Shown: positions 27,214 through 37,925 of the stretch, one piece after another
How the letters are laid out: the number at the start of each line of letters is the position of its first letter
Position numbering within the stretch: position 1 is the first letter of the stretch
NCBI GenBank assembly: GCA_964389805.1
Contig: CAYMFU010000019.1
Span: 5,679 to 69,678, forward strand
Direction: 5' to 3'
DNA length: 64,000 nucleotides
From: an uncultured Roseivirgaceae bacterium
GTDB lineage: Bacteria; Bacteroidota; Bacteroidia; Cytophagales; Cyclobacteriaceae
Made by a program: the position numbers and the translations under genes
The notes under the pieces: model-generated
The model's input: the letters and a program-made list of their open reading frames with translations, nothing else
Database searches by the model: none
Told to the model about the DNA's origin: nothing

Positions 27214-30021
27214 ATGATTAAAAATCAAATTTTTCGAATTGTTATATTGGCTATGTTATGTGGAATTCTACCCAAACTTTCATTCTCAGATATTCCACTT
27301 CCTGAACATCCCAGGCCAGATCACTGGCGTTCAGAATGGCAAAACCTGAACGGAGAATGGAATTTTCAGTTTGACCTTGAAAACAAAGGTGAAAGTGAAA
27401 AATGGTTTGAGGGTACTGAAAACTTTGACAGAACCATCACCGTCCCTTTCTCCTGGGGGGCACCTTTATCAGGTGTTGAAGATGAAGGAGATATTGGCTG
27501 GTACAACCGTGAGATCATAATTCCTGAATCCTGGAAAGGGAAGAGGATATTTCTGGTAGTAGGCGCTTCGGATTGGAAATCCAGTGGATGGCTGGATGGA
27601 AATGAAATAGGACAGAACAGGGGGGGGTATACTCCTTTTGAATTTGAATTGACACAACATGTCAGATTTGGTGAAAAGCAACGTATTACACTGAGGGTGG
27701 ATGATACAGGTCATGGATTTAAACTGGAAGGAAAACAGGGTTATGGCAAGGCAAGAGGCATATGGCAGACTATCTATCTTGAAGCGCGTGGTAGTGTATT
27801 TGTGGATTACGTGCATATAACACCTGATATAGATAATGATGAAATAAACATTGAAGGACAACTTAGTAATCCTACCGATAATAAGTCAACTCTGAAAATT
27901 TCAATCAGGGGAGAAAATGGAGAAGATAATCAGTATACCATCTCTTTGAAGAATAAGGGCAATTCATTCAAACAGAAGTTTAATATTCCTAATGTAAGAT
28001 TATGGACAATAGAAGATCCACACCTTTATAAGGTTACGGTAAGCCTCGTAAATGAAAATGGATTAATTGATAATATAAATACCTATTTTGGCATGCGTGA
28101 GATCGGGACAGGAAATGTTCCCGGGACTGAATATCCATATGTGACACTTAATAATGAACCGGTATATTTACAACTGGCACTAGATCAGGCCTATCACCCG
28201 GAGGGCTTTTATACTTTCCCTTCGGATGCATTTATGAGAGACGAGATCATCAGATCCAAACAGATCGGTTTGAACGGACAACGCATCCATGTGAAAATCG
28301 GAATTCCAAGAAAATTATATTGGGCCGATAAACTTGGCTTGTTGATTATGGCAGATGTGCCAAATAGCTGGGGTGAGCCCGATGGAGAGATGCAATTTGA
28401 GACTGAAAAAGCATTACGCGATATGATTAAAAGGGATTATAACCATCCCTCCATTTTCTCCTGGGTTATTTTCAATGAAACCTGGGGTTTGCTGACAAAA
28501 CAGGATGATAACAAACGATCCTATCTTCCTGAAACAAAAGAATGGGTGGTAAAGATGTATGATTTGGCAAAAAACCTGGACCCTACGCGACTCGTTGAAG
28601 ATAACTCAGCCAATAGGCGCGATCATGTTGCGACCGATCTAAATACATGGCATGCCTACCTTCCTGGATATTCCTGGAAAGAATTTTTAAAAGATGCAGT
28701 TGACAATACATTTGAAGGTTCGGGATGGAACTTCAGTCAAGGATACAAACAAAACAAACAGCCCATGCTTAACAGTGAATGCGGAAATGTATGGGGTTAT
28801 CAGGGAAGTACAGGTGATGTAGACTGGAGCTGGGATTATCATATTATGATCAACGAATTCAGGTTGCAGCCAAAAATTGCAGGGTGGCTGTATACTGAAC
28901 ATCACGATGTGATAAACGAGTGGAATGGTTATTACAAATATGATCGTACTGTGAAATACACCGGGCTTGAGGATTTTAATGGAATGACTATAAATGATCT
29001 TCATAGCTTCATCCAGATTACACCGGAAATGGATTTAATGACGGATGTAAAACCTGGGGAAATGGTAGAAATACCCCTCTGGCTATCTGTACTTACAGGT
29101 AAGGTACCATATGAAAAAGTGAAGGTAAATTATCAATTACATCATATAGATATAACTGGAAAATCGACTACAGAAGCGATTTCGACTAACCAGGTCATCG
29201 ATATTATGCCCTGGCAACTTGAATATATAGATCCTCTAAAGATTACGATTCCAGAAGGGGAAGGTATACTGATCATAAACTTTACCCTGGAATCAACTGC
29301 GGGAGATCCTGTCCATAAGAACTTTTCTCTATTTGGCATACATGATCCGGAAAGCAATAAAAATCAGATACTGAACATAGATGGAAAGGAACAATTTGTA
29401 GTGAGTTTCAAGCCTGATGAATTCAACTCTTCCAATTGGTCAAAAAAAGAATGGAATGTTCTTGATGGTAAGAAAGTCAATGGTTCAGGTTATGGCTTCT
29501 TTGAATATGATGTAAATATTCCCGATGAATTTGTAAACAAAGAAATTAATGGCGCATCCTTTAAAGTGGAATTATCCGCCAAACAACTGCTCGGAAAGGA
29601 TAGAACAGATTCTGAAAAAATGGAAGGGGATTATATGCGCGGACGAGGGACCCATGATCCCAGTAGAAATCCAAACGCTTACCCCATGACTGATGATGTT
29701 CGATGGACAAGCTATGTCCGTATAATAATAAATGATGTAGTTATCGATGAGATCTTTCTAGCAGACGATCCGGCTGATCACCGTGGTGTCCTGTCATGGC
29801 ATTCCCAGTTGAGAGACAATAAATTAAAGGAAGCAGGATCCTATGGATATCTTGTTTCTTCTGCAATACCGGAGAGTCTCATCAGAAAAATTCTGGAGGA
29901 TAAAAAATGTAATGTAAGGATAGAGGTGCCGGATATCCTGCCTGGAGGCGTGGCCATATACGGTAAAGATTTTGGCAGGTACCCGCTCGATCCAACTCTG
30001 ATTTTTCAGTCAGGGGAATGA
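27214..30021 (+). CDS. GH2-family glycoside hydrolase (beta-galactosidase/beta-mannosidase-like), secreted
   Basis: N-terminal sugar-binding domain (WYNREI...G), NHPSIFSWVIFNETWG (acid/base NE) and LNSECG (candidate nucleophile). Start placed at the ATG at 27214; the TTG at 27196 is an alternative. Confidence 0.8.
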   Translation: MIKNQIFRIVILAMLCGILPKLSFSDIPLPEHPRPDHWRSEWQNLNGEWNFQFDLENKGESEKWFEGTENFDRTITVPFSWGAPLSGVEDEGDIGWYNREIIIPESWKGKRIFLVVGASDWKSSGWLDGNEIGQNRGGYTPFEFELTQHVRFGEKQRITLRVDDTGHGFKLEGKQGYGKARGIWQTIYLEARGSVFVDYVHITPDIDNDEINIEGQLSNPTDNKSTLKISIRGENGEDNQYTISLKNKGNSFKQKFNIPNVRLWTIEDPHLYKVTVSLVNENGLIDNINTYFGMREIGTGNVPGTEYPYVTLNNEPVYLQLALDQAYHPEGFYTFPSDAFMRDEIIRSKQIGLNGQRIHVKIGIPRKLYWADKLGLLIMADVPNSWGEPDGEMQFETEKALRDMIKRDYNHPSIFSWVIFNETWGLLTKQDDNKRSYLPETKEWVVKMYDLAKNLDPTRLVEDNSANRRDHVATDLNTWHAYLPGYSWKEFLKDAVDNTFEGSGWNFSQGYKQNKQPMLNSECGNVWGYQGSTGDVDWSWDYHIMINEFRLQPKIAGWLYTEHHDVINEWNGYYKYDRTVKYTGLEDFNGMTINDLHSFIQITPEMDLMTDVKPGEMVEIPLWLSVLTGKVPYEKVKVNYQLHHIDITGKSTTEAISTNQVIDIMPWQLEYIDPLKITIPEGEGILIINFTLESTAGDPVHKNFSLFGIHDPESNKNQILNIDGKEQFVVSFKPDEFNSSNWSKKEWNVLDGKKVNGSGYGFFEYDVNIPDEFVNKEINGASFKVELSAKQLLGKDRTDSEKMEGDYMRGRGTHDPSRNPNAYPMTDDVRWTSYVRIIINDVVIDEIFLADDPADHRGVLSWHSQLRDNKLKEAGSYGYLVSSAIPESLIRKILEDKKCNVRIEVPDILPGGVAIYGKDFGRYPLDPTLIFQSGE

Positions 30022-30321
30022 TTTCTGCTTCTTAAGCAAAAAATTTAATGATGCGGATTTCAAAGGAGAGTTGAAAATGCTATTTTAAATCCTTCTCCCG
30101 GTTTTAATTGGAAGAATTACTGTTCTTAATTATAAATTCATATTGAATAAAAGACCAGATATGTTTTTATACTGAAATTTTATAGATAATCCCTAATGAA
30201 TTGAAACGATCTGGATGCAAGGCTACAAAATGCACTTAATCGCAATTTGTGCTTCATAGAATAGATAATTAATGGAATTCTAATTAATTTGCAAATTCAT
30301 TTTAATACATAAATTTTTATA

Positions 30322-31083
30322 ATGATGAAAAACAATAACAATTTTTTAAAGGTCTTTGGTATAATCGCATTGATCTTTATGATTTCCTGTACAGGAAATC
30401 AGAAAAAGGCTGAATCAGAAGCCGAACAACCAGTTGAGGCCGAAGTGAAAGGTGATGAAATGGTTTCCATATTTAATGGCGAAAATCTTGATGGCTGGAA
30501 AAGATACAATAAAGATGATATCGGCCCCCTCTGGCAGGTACAGGATGGTATGATCTTTTTTAATGGTTCAGGTCTCGGTGAAGGTAGTGGAGAAGATGGG
30601 GGAACATTAATTACTGTAAAGCAATATGAGAATTTCGAGTTCTCCGTCGACTGGAAAATCCAGGAAGGCGGCAATAGTGGATTGTTATACCATGTCGTTG
30701 AAAAGCCGGAATTCAGCCATGCCTATAATACCGGGCCCGAGTATCAGTTACTCGATGACAATAATTGGAAAGATCCTCTTGTAGATGTGAATTCTGTCGC
30801 AGCCAATTATGATATGCATGCTCCATCTCCTGATAAAAAATTAAACGCTGCAGGTGAATGGAATACTTCTAAGATCGTGTATAACAATGGTCATGTAGAG
30901 CACTGGCTGAATGGCCAGAAAGTCCTTGAATTTGATGAGGGTAGTGATGATTGGAAAGAAAGATATGAAAACAGCAAGTGGGTGGAATATCCTGGTTGGT
31001 GTAAATTTAACAAAGGATCCCTTGGACTTCAGGATCATGGTGCCAACCTCTGGTTTAAAAATATAAAAGCACGAGAGTTGTAG
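30322..31083 (+). CDS. DUF1080 (3-keto-disaccharide hydrolase family) lipoprotein
   Basis: Lipobox-like FMISC. NGENLDGWK..., FEFSVDWKIQEGGNSGLLY, GPEYQLLDD and LGLQDHGANLWFKNIKAREL match the concanavalin-like DUF1080 pattern. Confidence 0.8.
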   Translation: MMKNNNNFLKVFGIIALIFMISCTGNQKKAESEAEQPVEAEVKGDEMVSIFNGENLDGWKRYNKDDIGPLWQVQDGMIFFNGSGLGEGSGEDGGTLITVKQYENFEFSVDWKIQEGGNSGLLYHVVEKPEFSHAYNTGPEYQLLDDNNWKDPLVDVNSVAANYDMHAPSPDKKLNAAGEWNTSKIVYNNGHVEHWLNGQKVLEFDEGSDDWKERYENSKWVEYPGWCKFNKGSLGLQDHGANLWFKNIKAREL

Positions 31084-31106
31084 AATAAAATAGCTTATAA
31101 AGTTTT

Positions 31107-31142
31107 AAAGTGTATGGGAAATTATTCTCATACACTTTTTTT
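31107..31142 (+). terminator. rho-independent terminator between convergent genes
   Basis: Stem AAAGTGTATG/CATACACTTT with a 12-nt loop, then a T run. It abuts the GH20 stop codon, so it may act bidirectionally. Confidence 0.7.
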
Positions 31143-33303
31143 ATAATATTAATGCCGCTGCTGCTGATATGGTTCTTACCTTCAACCTGTTCCAAGCTCT
31201 TGATATTACCCCACTTTTCAGAATAATTATTTGATCATCTATCTCAGTCTCTACTTTTAATAATGCCTTCATGCTTCGTTCAAGACCCCCACTCTTATTC
31301 CTTCTCATCCATACCCTTCGGTGCTCTTCCAAAAACGATGAATAATCCACCTTCATCTTTTCCAGATATTGGATCTTCTGATCTCGCGACATATCCATTC
31401 CCTTCTCAGTATAATATTTCAAGGCTGCTCCCACCCGAATTAAGGCCATTGCATTTTTAAACTCATCCCTGATCAATTTGGATTCCGCATTTTGCATATC
31501 TGATTCATCGAGCTCTTGTTCAAGAGCATCCAGGTAATTTAACAACTCATTATACATAAAAGGATTCCGCAACTTGAATCGTTCATGAATTATTTCTGCC
31601 AGTCCCTCCGGGGCTAAACTTTCAAAAGTGGATGGAAAAGAATTTAATATGGTCTGATACATAACCTGGTCCATCAAACCTAACTTAAAACCCAGATTGA
31701 TCAGAGTCATATTGGGTGCAAGGATTTCTTCAAATTGATTATATCTTCCTAATCCAAAGGTATAGGAACCCATTTTTTCATTCGTATCCTCATAAACAAA
31801 AACATCCAAATAGTTTGTGATTAAGGATTCGTTATAGCTGCCAACATTCCAACTCAATCCACCACCAACAACGAATCCGGCATAACTGACCGGAAGGTAT
31901 TGCCAATGACCCATATCGCCCCAGTCAGTAACCAACATTCCAATAGCGCCATGTTTCAGACCGCTTTTCACAGCATTTAAGATATTACCCACCATATTAT
32001 TTGTTCGGCCACCAATGGAAGTCCAGCTGCTTGTACCTGAGCATACAATAAAATCAAGTCCTGTTTCCTTAAATTTTAAAGCGTTTTTTTCGAATGGGTA
32101 TTCAGCTTCATATCCCCAATCCAGGAGAATAATATCATCAGGGACTTCTGAAACGATCTCCGGGTGCCTTAAAACCACGTCTCCCCACATCATCATTCTC
32201 TTATCGTGATCTCTTATAATTTCATGCACCTTCTTAACGAACTCAAGATACACACTGCCAATACCAATTTCTTCAGCTTTTTCCTGGCTTTTGCAATGTC
32301 CGAGTTCGAAAGGTTCATCCAGGTTAGCATTGAAATAATTTGAGCTGAAATTAGGAATAATATCCCGGGTCATTTCTTCTACAAGCTGTATGCTTCGCGG
32401 ATCGTATGGATCGATGGTAGATTTCATTTTCAAAAAAGGCATCAAACTATACCCATCCGGACATTCAGCCAGATCTGCATATTGATCAGTCTCGAGCCAG
32501 GCCATCATATGACCCAGTGAATTTTGATTGGGTACCAGGTCTATAAATCTTTTTTTACAGTATTGATCCAATTCCCTGATCTCCTCTCCGGTAATCGGTG
32601 TTTCTTTTCCTTTCCATAAGGACTCAAAAGAGGGATAAGCAAATGAAAATCCCTCGACATACAACTCCAGATGGTTGTATTTTAGATCGGTTAAAATATC
32701 GACAATACCATAGAGGGTTTCCAAAGTTGGCACTTTATCCCGGCTGATGTCCAACATTGCCCCCCTTATGTTGAGATCCGGATAATCTTCAATTTTCATA
32801 TTTGGAATAAGGCCTGAATAAATTTTATTCAATTGCTTAAGGGTCAATAATCCGTAATAAGCACCTGCCATATCGCTATACAGAATTTCGATAAAATTTG
32901 AATTCAATGTAAGGTGGTAACCTTCCTTGGCAATTTCAGAATTTGGTACGAATCTGATCATACCATTGGATTTATTTACTACGGATTTGTCAAATAACCG
33001 ATCGAGTATTTCATTTACTTGATCCTGTATTAATATCGGTGCACGAAATGATAATTCATCCGGCATTCTAAATAATCCAGGGATCAATTCAACATTATGT
33101 GGATAGGGAACCAGATTGATTTTATAATTTACTAACTCGTCTTCAACCAGGTTGGATGTCAGGCTTGAAGGATCCGGATATTCCCTTTCATTAATTGATT
33201 TGCTCAATACACTGTAATATATATTTAATCCAACTACAACTAATATCACCAGCGTAATTAAGGTATAAAATATATACCGGAGTACTTTGAAAAAATAAGA
33301 CAT
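31141..33303 (-). CDS. GH20-family beta-N-acetylhexosaminidase-like protein, N-terminal membrane anchor
   Basis: IRGAMLDISRDKVP, YNHLELYVEG and ANLDEPFELG (D-E catalytic pair region), plus an N-terminal TM helix. Confidence 0.75.
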   Translation of the reverse strand: MSYFFKVLRYIFYTLITLVILVVVGLNIYYSVLSKSINEREYPDPSSLTSNLVEDELVNYKINLVPYPHNVELIPGLFRMPDELSFRAPILIQDQVNEILDRLFDKSVVNKSNGMIRFVPNSEIAKEGYHLTLNSNFIEILYSDMAGAYYGLLTLKQLNKIYSGLIPNMKIEDYPDLNIRGAMLDISRDKVPTLETLYGIVDILTDLKYNHLELYVEGFSFAYPSFESLWKGKETPITGEEIRELDQYCKKRFIDLVPNQNSLGHMMAWLETDQYADLAECPDGYSLMPFLKMKSTIDPYDPRSIQLVEEMTRDIIPNFSSNYFNANLDEPFELGHCKSQEKAEEIGIGSVYLEFVKKVHEIIRDHDKRMMMWGDVVLRHPEIVSEVPDDIILLDWGYEAEYPFEKNALKFKETGLDFIVCSGTSSWTSIGGRTNNMVGNILNAVKSGLKHGAIGMLVTDWGDMGHWQYLPVSYAGFVVGGGLSWNVGSYNESLITNYLDVFVYEDTNEKMGSYTFGLGRYNQFEEILAPNMTLINLGFKLGLMDQVMYQTILNSFPSTFESLAPEGLAEIIHERFKLRNPFMYNELLNYLDALEQELDESDMQNAESKLIRDEFKNAMALIRVGAALKYYTEKGMDMSRDQKIQYLEKMKVDYSSFLEEHRRVWMRRNKSGGLERSMKALLKVETEIDDQIIILKSGVISRAWNRLKVRTISAAAALIL

Positions 33304-33329
33304 GATTAAAAAATTTATATGATCTTACC

Positions 33330-33887
33330 TTAGATCCCCTCAGCTTCAACTGAGCTTACTTCCGGGATCATGGATTTCAATAAGTTTTCAATCCCTGATT
33401 TGAGGGTGATCATAGAAGAAGGACAACCACTACAGGAGCCTTGCAATAATACCTTCACGACTCCATCTTCAAAGGAATGGAACTCTATTGCCCCACCGTC
33501 CTGTTCAACTGCAGGTTTAACATATTCTTCTAAAAGAGTTCGTATTCGTATGCTAATCTCTGAATCTTCTTCTGGATCACCTTCAGAGGACGGGCCATCA
33601 ATAACTACTGGTTCTTTGCTTTCCAGGTAGTTATGGATAAAATGTTTTAGGCTTTCCTTTATGGTATACCATTCAACATCTTCATTTTTAGTAATGGTAA
33701 CAAAATTATTCATGATGAAAATCCTATCAACATAATCGAACTTGAACAGGGCCTGTGCAAGAGGAGATGTAGCTGCCGAGGCCAAATCAGGATAATCGTA
33801 TATTTCCCCTTCGGTAACTAAAAGGTAATTAACGACAAATTTAAGAGAATTCGGGTTTGGGCTTTCTTCAAGATAAATATTAGTCAT
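33330..33887 (-). CDS. NifU/Nfu-type Fe-S cluster assembly scaffold protein
   Basis: Nfu_N-like N-terminal domain (ESPNPNSLKFVVN) and NifU C-terminal domain with GSCSGCPSS. Confidence 0.85.
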   Translation of the reverse strand: MTNIYLEESPNPNSLKFVVNYLLVTEGEIYDYPDLASAATSPLAQALFKFDYVDRIFIMNNFVTITKNEDVEWYTIKESLKHFIHNYLESKEPVVIDGPSSEGDPEEDSEISIRIRTLLEEYVKPAVEQDGGAIEFHSFEDGVVKVLLQGSCSGCPSSMITLKSGIENLLKSMIPEVSSVEAEGI

Positions 33888-33938
33888 AATTAGTCTATTT
33901 TCAGGTATTATAATTAAACTATTCAGATAGAATTATGT

Positions 33939-35234
33939 TCAGTTCTTATTTCCTACTTTTTCTCCTTCACTACTGGCTATAGTCATGGCAACTGTAGCAT
34001 CACCACTCACATTTACTACTGTACGACACATATCAAGTAACCGGTCTGGTGCTATGATCAGTGCCAGGCCAGCAGCCGGGATTCCGATGGCTTCCAGAAC
34101 AATAACAAGCATAACCATTCCGGCTCCGGGTACTCCGGCTGATCCGATGGATGCCAGGGTAGCTGTTAAAACAATCATCAATTGATTTCCTATTGTCAGC
34201 TCAATGCCCATCGCCTGGGCAATGAATACGGCCGCAACACTTTGGTATAAACTGGTACCATCCATATTTATTGTAGCCCCTAATGGAAGTACGAAACTGG
34301 TGACTTCCTCTGAAACGCCAAGATTTTCCTCTACACACTCCATTGTTACAGGCAATGTGGCTGAGCTACTGCTCGTGCTGAAAGCCAGCAACTGCGCCTC
34401 CCGTATTCCTTTGAAGAACGTTTTATATTTTACCCTGGTGAAGATCTTGAAAATGGATGGATATATGATCAGGATCATTGCCAGCAGTCCGATAACAACG
34501 GTTATTGAATAAACCAGTAATGCAGATAGAATCTCAAATGCTTTGGAAGGATTATCTCCTGCCAGTTCTACGATCAAAGCTGCCATTAGGGCGAAAACGC
34601 CGTAAGGTGCCAGGGCCATAATGAAATGTATGATGGTCAGAATAACTTCATTGGCCCCCTTAAAAAATGCCACAACCGTCTTACTCTTATCCTTTGGTAC
34701 CTTGAGTAGGGCTACTCCAAATATTAGTGAAAAAAATACGACCTGAAGCATATTGTTATTGTTGGATGCGGCATTAAAGAAATTGACAGGCACCATTTTT
34801 ATCAAAGGATCCAAAGGCCCCTTTTCTTTCAATTCAACTGCCCTGCCGGTGGTCTCATCAGCTTGTCCGGAATACATCTCCAGGATTTGTTCCCTTGTAT
34901 CAGACGTGATTACTTGCCCTGGTTTAATTAAATTTACAGCAAATAAACCAATGGTGGTAGCAATGGCTGTAGTAATAATGTATAAGGCTATGGTTTTAGA
35001 TCCCATCCGTGACAACTTGGAAATATCTCCAAGATTAGCCACGCCAACTATCAGGGAGGCTATGATTAGAGGAACCGCTATCATTTTCAAAGCATTGACG
35101 AAAATGACCCCAACTGGTTTTATATAATTAATAGTAATGGAAGGTGGAAGGCCACTGAAAATACTGATCAGACCGAAGGATAGACCTAATACAAGTCCAA
35201 TTACAATTTTACTGTGCAATGGTAATTTCTTCAT
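33939..35234 (-). CDS. dicarboxylate/amino acid:cation symporter (DAACS family)
   Basis: Polytopic. FSTSSSSATLP, ATINMDGT and DRLLDMCRTVVNVSGD are conserved DAACS motifs. Confidence 0.88.
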   Translation of the reverse strand: MKKLPLHSKIVIGLVLGLSFGLISIFSGLPPSITINYIKPVGVIFVNALKMIAVPLIIASLIVGVANLGDISKLSRMGSKTIALYIITTAIATTIGLFAVNLIKPGQVITSDTREQILEMYSGQADETTGRAVELKEKGPLDPLIKMVPVNFFNAASNNNNMLQVVFFSLIFGVALLKVPKDKSKTVVAFFKGANEVILTIIHFIMALAPYGVFALMAALIVELAGDNPSKAFEILSALLVYSITVVIGLLAMILIIYPSIFKIFTRVKYKTFFKGIREAQLLAFSTSSSSATLPVTMECVEENLGVSEEVTSFVLPLGATINMDGTSLYQSVAAVFIAQAMGIELTIGNQLMIVLTATLASIGSAGVPGAGMVMLVIVLEAIGIPAAGLALIIAPDRLLDMCRTVVNVSGDATVAMTIASSEGEKVGNKN

Positions 35235-35241
35235 AAATCTC

Positions 35242-36318
35242 TTACATAGTGGCTTTGGAATTCAACAGCATATGATCCGTCAGGACAATTGCAGCCATCG
35301 CTTCGACAATCGGAACAGCCCTGGGAACTACACATGGATCATGTCTGCCCTTTCCTTTTACTGTTGTAACCTCGCCTTGAATATCAATACTTTCCTGATC
35401 TTTCATTATGGTAGCGACAGGCTTAAATGCAACCCTGAAGTAAATATCCTGTCCGTTGGATATTCCTCCCTGAACACCCCCGGAAAAGTTCGTTCTTGTT
35501 TTAATTTCTTCGCCTTCTTTATAAAATATGTCATTGTGATCACTGCCAAACATATTGATCCCTTCAAATCCACTTCCAATATCAAATCCCTTTACGGCAT
35601 TTATGCTTAACATGGCTTTGCCAAGATCAGCATGAAGCTTATCAAAAACTGGCTCTCCAATTCCAACTGGAACGCCTGTAATAACCCCGGTTACAATACC
35701 TCCAACCGTGTCCTGGTTTTTCCTGGTCTTGTCGATAAATTCGATCATTTTCTCCGCTATTTCAGGATCCGGGCATCTGACAATATTCTCTTCTGTTTTA
35801 TCAAGGTCCATTTCATGGTACTTCTGTTCAAGCATGATCGGACCTACCTGCGATACATAAGCATGTACCTCAATCTCTTTCACGGATAGATATTGTTTGG
35901 CGATAGCTCCCGCCGCAACTCTTGCTGCAGTTTCCCTGGCAGAACTTCTGCCACCACCCCGGAAATCTCTTAATCCATATTTTACCTGATAGGTATAATC
36001 GGCGTGCGAGGGACGGAATTTCTCGGCAATATGACTGTAATCCTTACTCCGTTGATCTGAATTTCTAATTAAGATGGCTATGGGGGAGCCTGTTGTAGAT
36101 CCTTCAAAAATGCCTGATAAAATTTCAGGTATATCACTTTCCTGTCGCTGGGTTGTTATCTTTGATTGTCCCGGTTTTCTTCTATTCAGTTCATTTGTGA
36201 TTTGCTGCTCATCGATTTTTAACCCTGCCGGACATCCGTCAATAACCACACCTATTGCCGGACCATGTGATTCCCCAAATGTAGTAATTCTAAAAACCTG
36301 ACCGAATGAATTTCCCAT
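35242..36318 (-). CDS. aroC: chorismate synthase
   Basis: [35 protein letters not shown] and [13 protein letters not shown] motifs. Confidence 0.95.
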   Translation of the reverse strand: MGNSFGQVFRITTFGESHGPAIGVVIDGCPAGLKIDEQQITNELNRRKPGQSKITTQRQESDIPEILSGIFEGSTTGSPIAILIRNSDQRSKDYSHIAEKFRPSHADYTYQVKYGLRDFRGGGRSSARETAARVAAGAIAKQYLSVKEIEVHAYVSQVGPIMLEQKYHEMDLDKTEENIVRCPDPEIAEKMIEFIDKTRKNQDTVGGIVTGVITGVPVGIGEPVFDKLHADLGKAMLSINAVKGFDIGSGFEGINMFGSDHNDIFYKEGEEIKTRTNFSGGVQGGISNGQDIYFRVAFKPVATIMKDQESIDIQGEVTTVKGKGRHDPCVVPRAVPIVEAMAAIVLTDHMLLNSKATM

Positions 36319-36321
36319 GTA

Positions 36322-37776
36322 TTATCTTTTGAATACCAGGTATATTGAGGCCCCTAACATAACTAAAATAAACAGGTTAGCAAAAGTTTTTATCCATTCA
36401 TCTTTATGCATGGCTTTGAGTTGATTGCTTTCTATTTCAATTTGATCATAAAATGATCCCATATCATTTGAGAGTATTACATTATTGCGCTTGCTTTCAC
36501 CTGTTACATTTACTGTGATTTCGGATCTTAAGGTGTCATAGGTTTCAGAAGCAGGATTGAAAAAAATCCATTCAAAAAAATTGCTTAAGTCATATTCCCC
36601 GGGTTCATTTGGAATGATATAATAATTGAAGGTTTTATTTCCTGTTACCCTGTTGTTTCCTCTGTTAATGTTTTGCCTGATATTGGGTGGATAAAATTCC
36701 ATAATCCTGTTGGTTTCAGTTGCCGGTCGTTTGATTGCTGAAATGTTTCCTTCTCCAAATACAGTAAATGCATAGCTAAAACTTGTTCCTGTATTCACTC
36801 TCTCAGAGCTGATCTCTTCTTTAAGCCTGTAATTACCAACCGATACTTCTTCTCTTAAAGGATGGGGAGGCAAATTCTTCACCAGAATTACTTTTGGTTT
36901 AGTATAGAAGGATTTAAAATCTTCCTGCCGGCTTCGACCGAAAAAAGAAGGATTTTTGGCCACTTTGTATTTAATCATTTTGAATGGCACCTGCGAAAAG
37001 GTGATCGTATCCAGATTCAAGGGATAATAAGTCGCCTGGTATATTTTGTACTGACTGTATCCCTGATTATTTATGGTGACTGGTTCTCCATTAAGGTTGT
37101 CAATATTGAAATTCTCTTCCCAACAGTTAGAAGGTTTGATTTCTTTTAAAATTTCAGATAATTGCTTGGCGGGTTCGTAAAACTGAAGGGGTGCCCGGTT
37201 GTTATCAGCCACATAAAAAGCCAGGGTCATTGTAAAACCTTCACCGATGAATACCTCGTCTTTATCAGTAGTCAGGGCAAGGAATGCATCTTCCTCAATA
37301 TCCACGAATTCCTGAGGTTCATTGCGGTTGCTGAAGAAATCATCGAAGGGATCGGCGGAAAAAGGATCCCTGGTCTGCCTCTGTACAGGAGGTCCCACTT
37401 TTACTGTTTTTCCGGGAGCGTTAACTGTCTGACCATTAATTTCCATCGAGAAAGGTTGAATAACATAGGTGCCTTCAGCCTTAGGCATATAGTTCTGGAT
37501 AATACTTTGCCTCGATGATACCCTGCCGTTTACAATATTCGTGGATGATGATGAAGAAGTTCCGCGTTTTGCAAATCCAGGAATGTCTGGAAATCCATTA
37601 TAACTTTTAAGCTGGTCATTTTCAACGGTAATGGTTATCGTAAACACCTGGTTGAAACCAATTTGGTCTGGTCCCAATTGAATAGATACCTGTTGTGAAA
37701 ATGCATTCCAACCTATTAATAAAAATCCCGTAAATATTAATGAGGTAATTCGTCTTATATCTGACAATAATTTCAT
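36322..37776 (-). CDS. BatD-like (aerotolerance-operon family) protein with C-terminal TM helix
   Basis: Signal peptide, a repeated beta-rich architecture beginning QVFTITITVEN, and a terminal TM helix (FANLFILVMLGASIYLVF) resemble BatD as I remember it. No batA/B/C/E genes are adjacent. Confidence 0.5.
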   Translation of the reverse strand: MKLLSDIRRITSLIFTGFLLIGWNAFSQQVSIQLGPDQIGFNQVFTITITVENDQLKSYNGFPDIPGFAKRGTSSSSSTNIVNGRVSSRQSIIQNYMPKAEGTYVIQPFSMEINGQTVNAPGKTVKVGPPVQRQTRDPFSADPFDDFFSNRNEPQEFVDIEEDAFLALTTDKDEVFIGEGFTMTLAFYVADNNRAPLQFYEPAKQLSEILKEIKPSNCWEENFNIDNLNGEPVTINNQGYSQYKIYQATYYPLNLDTITFSQVPFKMIKYKVAKNPSFFGRSRQEDFKSFYTKPKVILVKNLPPHPLREEVSVGNYRLKEEISSERVNTGTSFSYAFTVFGEGNISAIKRPATETNRIMEFYPPNIRQNINRGNNRVTGNKTFNYYIIPNEPGEYDLSNFFEWIFFNPASETYDTLRSEITVNVTGESKRNNVILSNDMGSFYDQIEIESNQLKAMHKDEWIKTFANLFILVMLGASIYLVFKR

Positions 37777-37925
37777 TTATAATTAACCTTAGTTTAAAAG
37801 GATTTACAAAATTAATTTATTATTTTTATTAGATGGATATTTTTTAAATATTCCATGTTTTTGCAGGTGTATCAGTCTGTTATGAAATAATAAGTTAAGT
37901 TCTTTCTAACCTTAATCAGTATGCT

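Noticed and set aside
30064-30088. Strong Shine-Dalgarno-like AGGAG followed by a 3-codon mini-ORF (ATG CTA TTT TAA) in the DUF1080 leader
   Set aside because: It is too short to evaluate, and Bacteroidota rarely rely on SD sequences. Probably a chance occurrence.
35137-35610. 157-aa plus-strand ORF spanning the symporter/aroC junction
   Set aside because: It is antisense to two strongly supported genes and has no recognisable motif.
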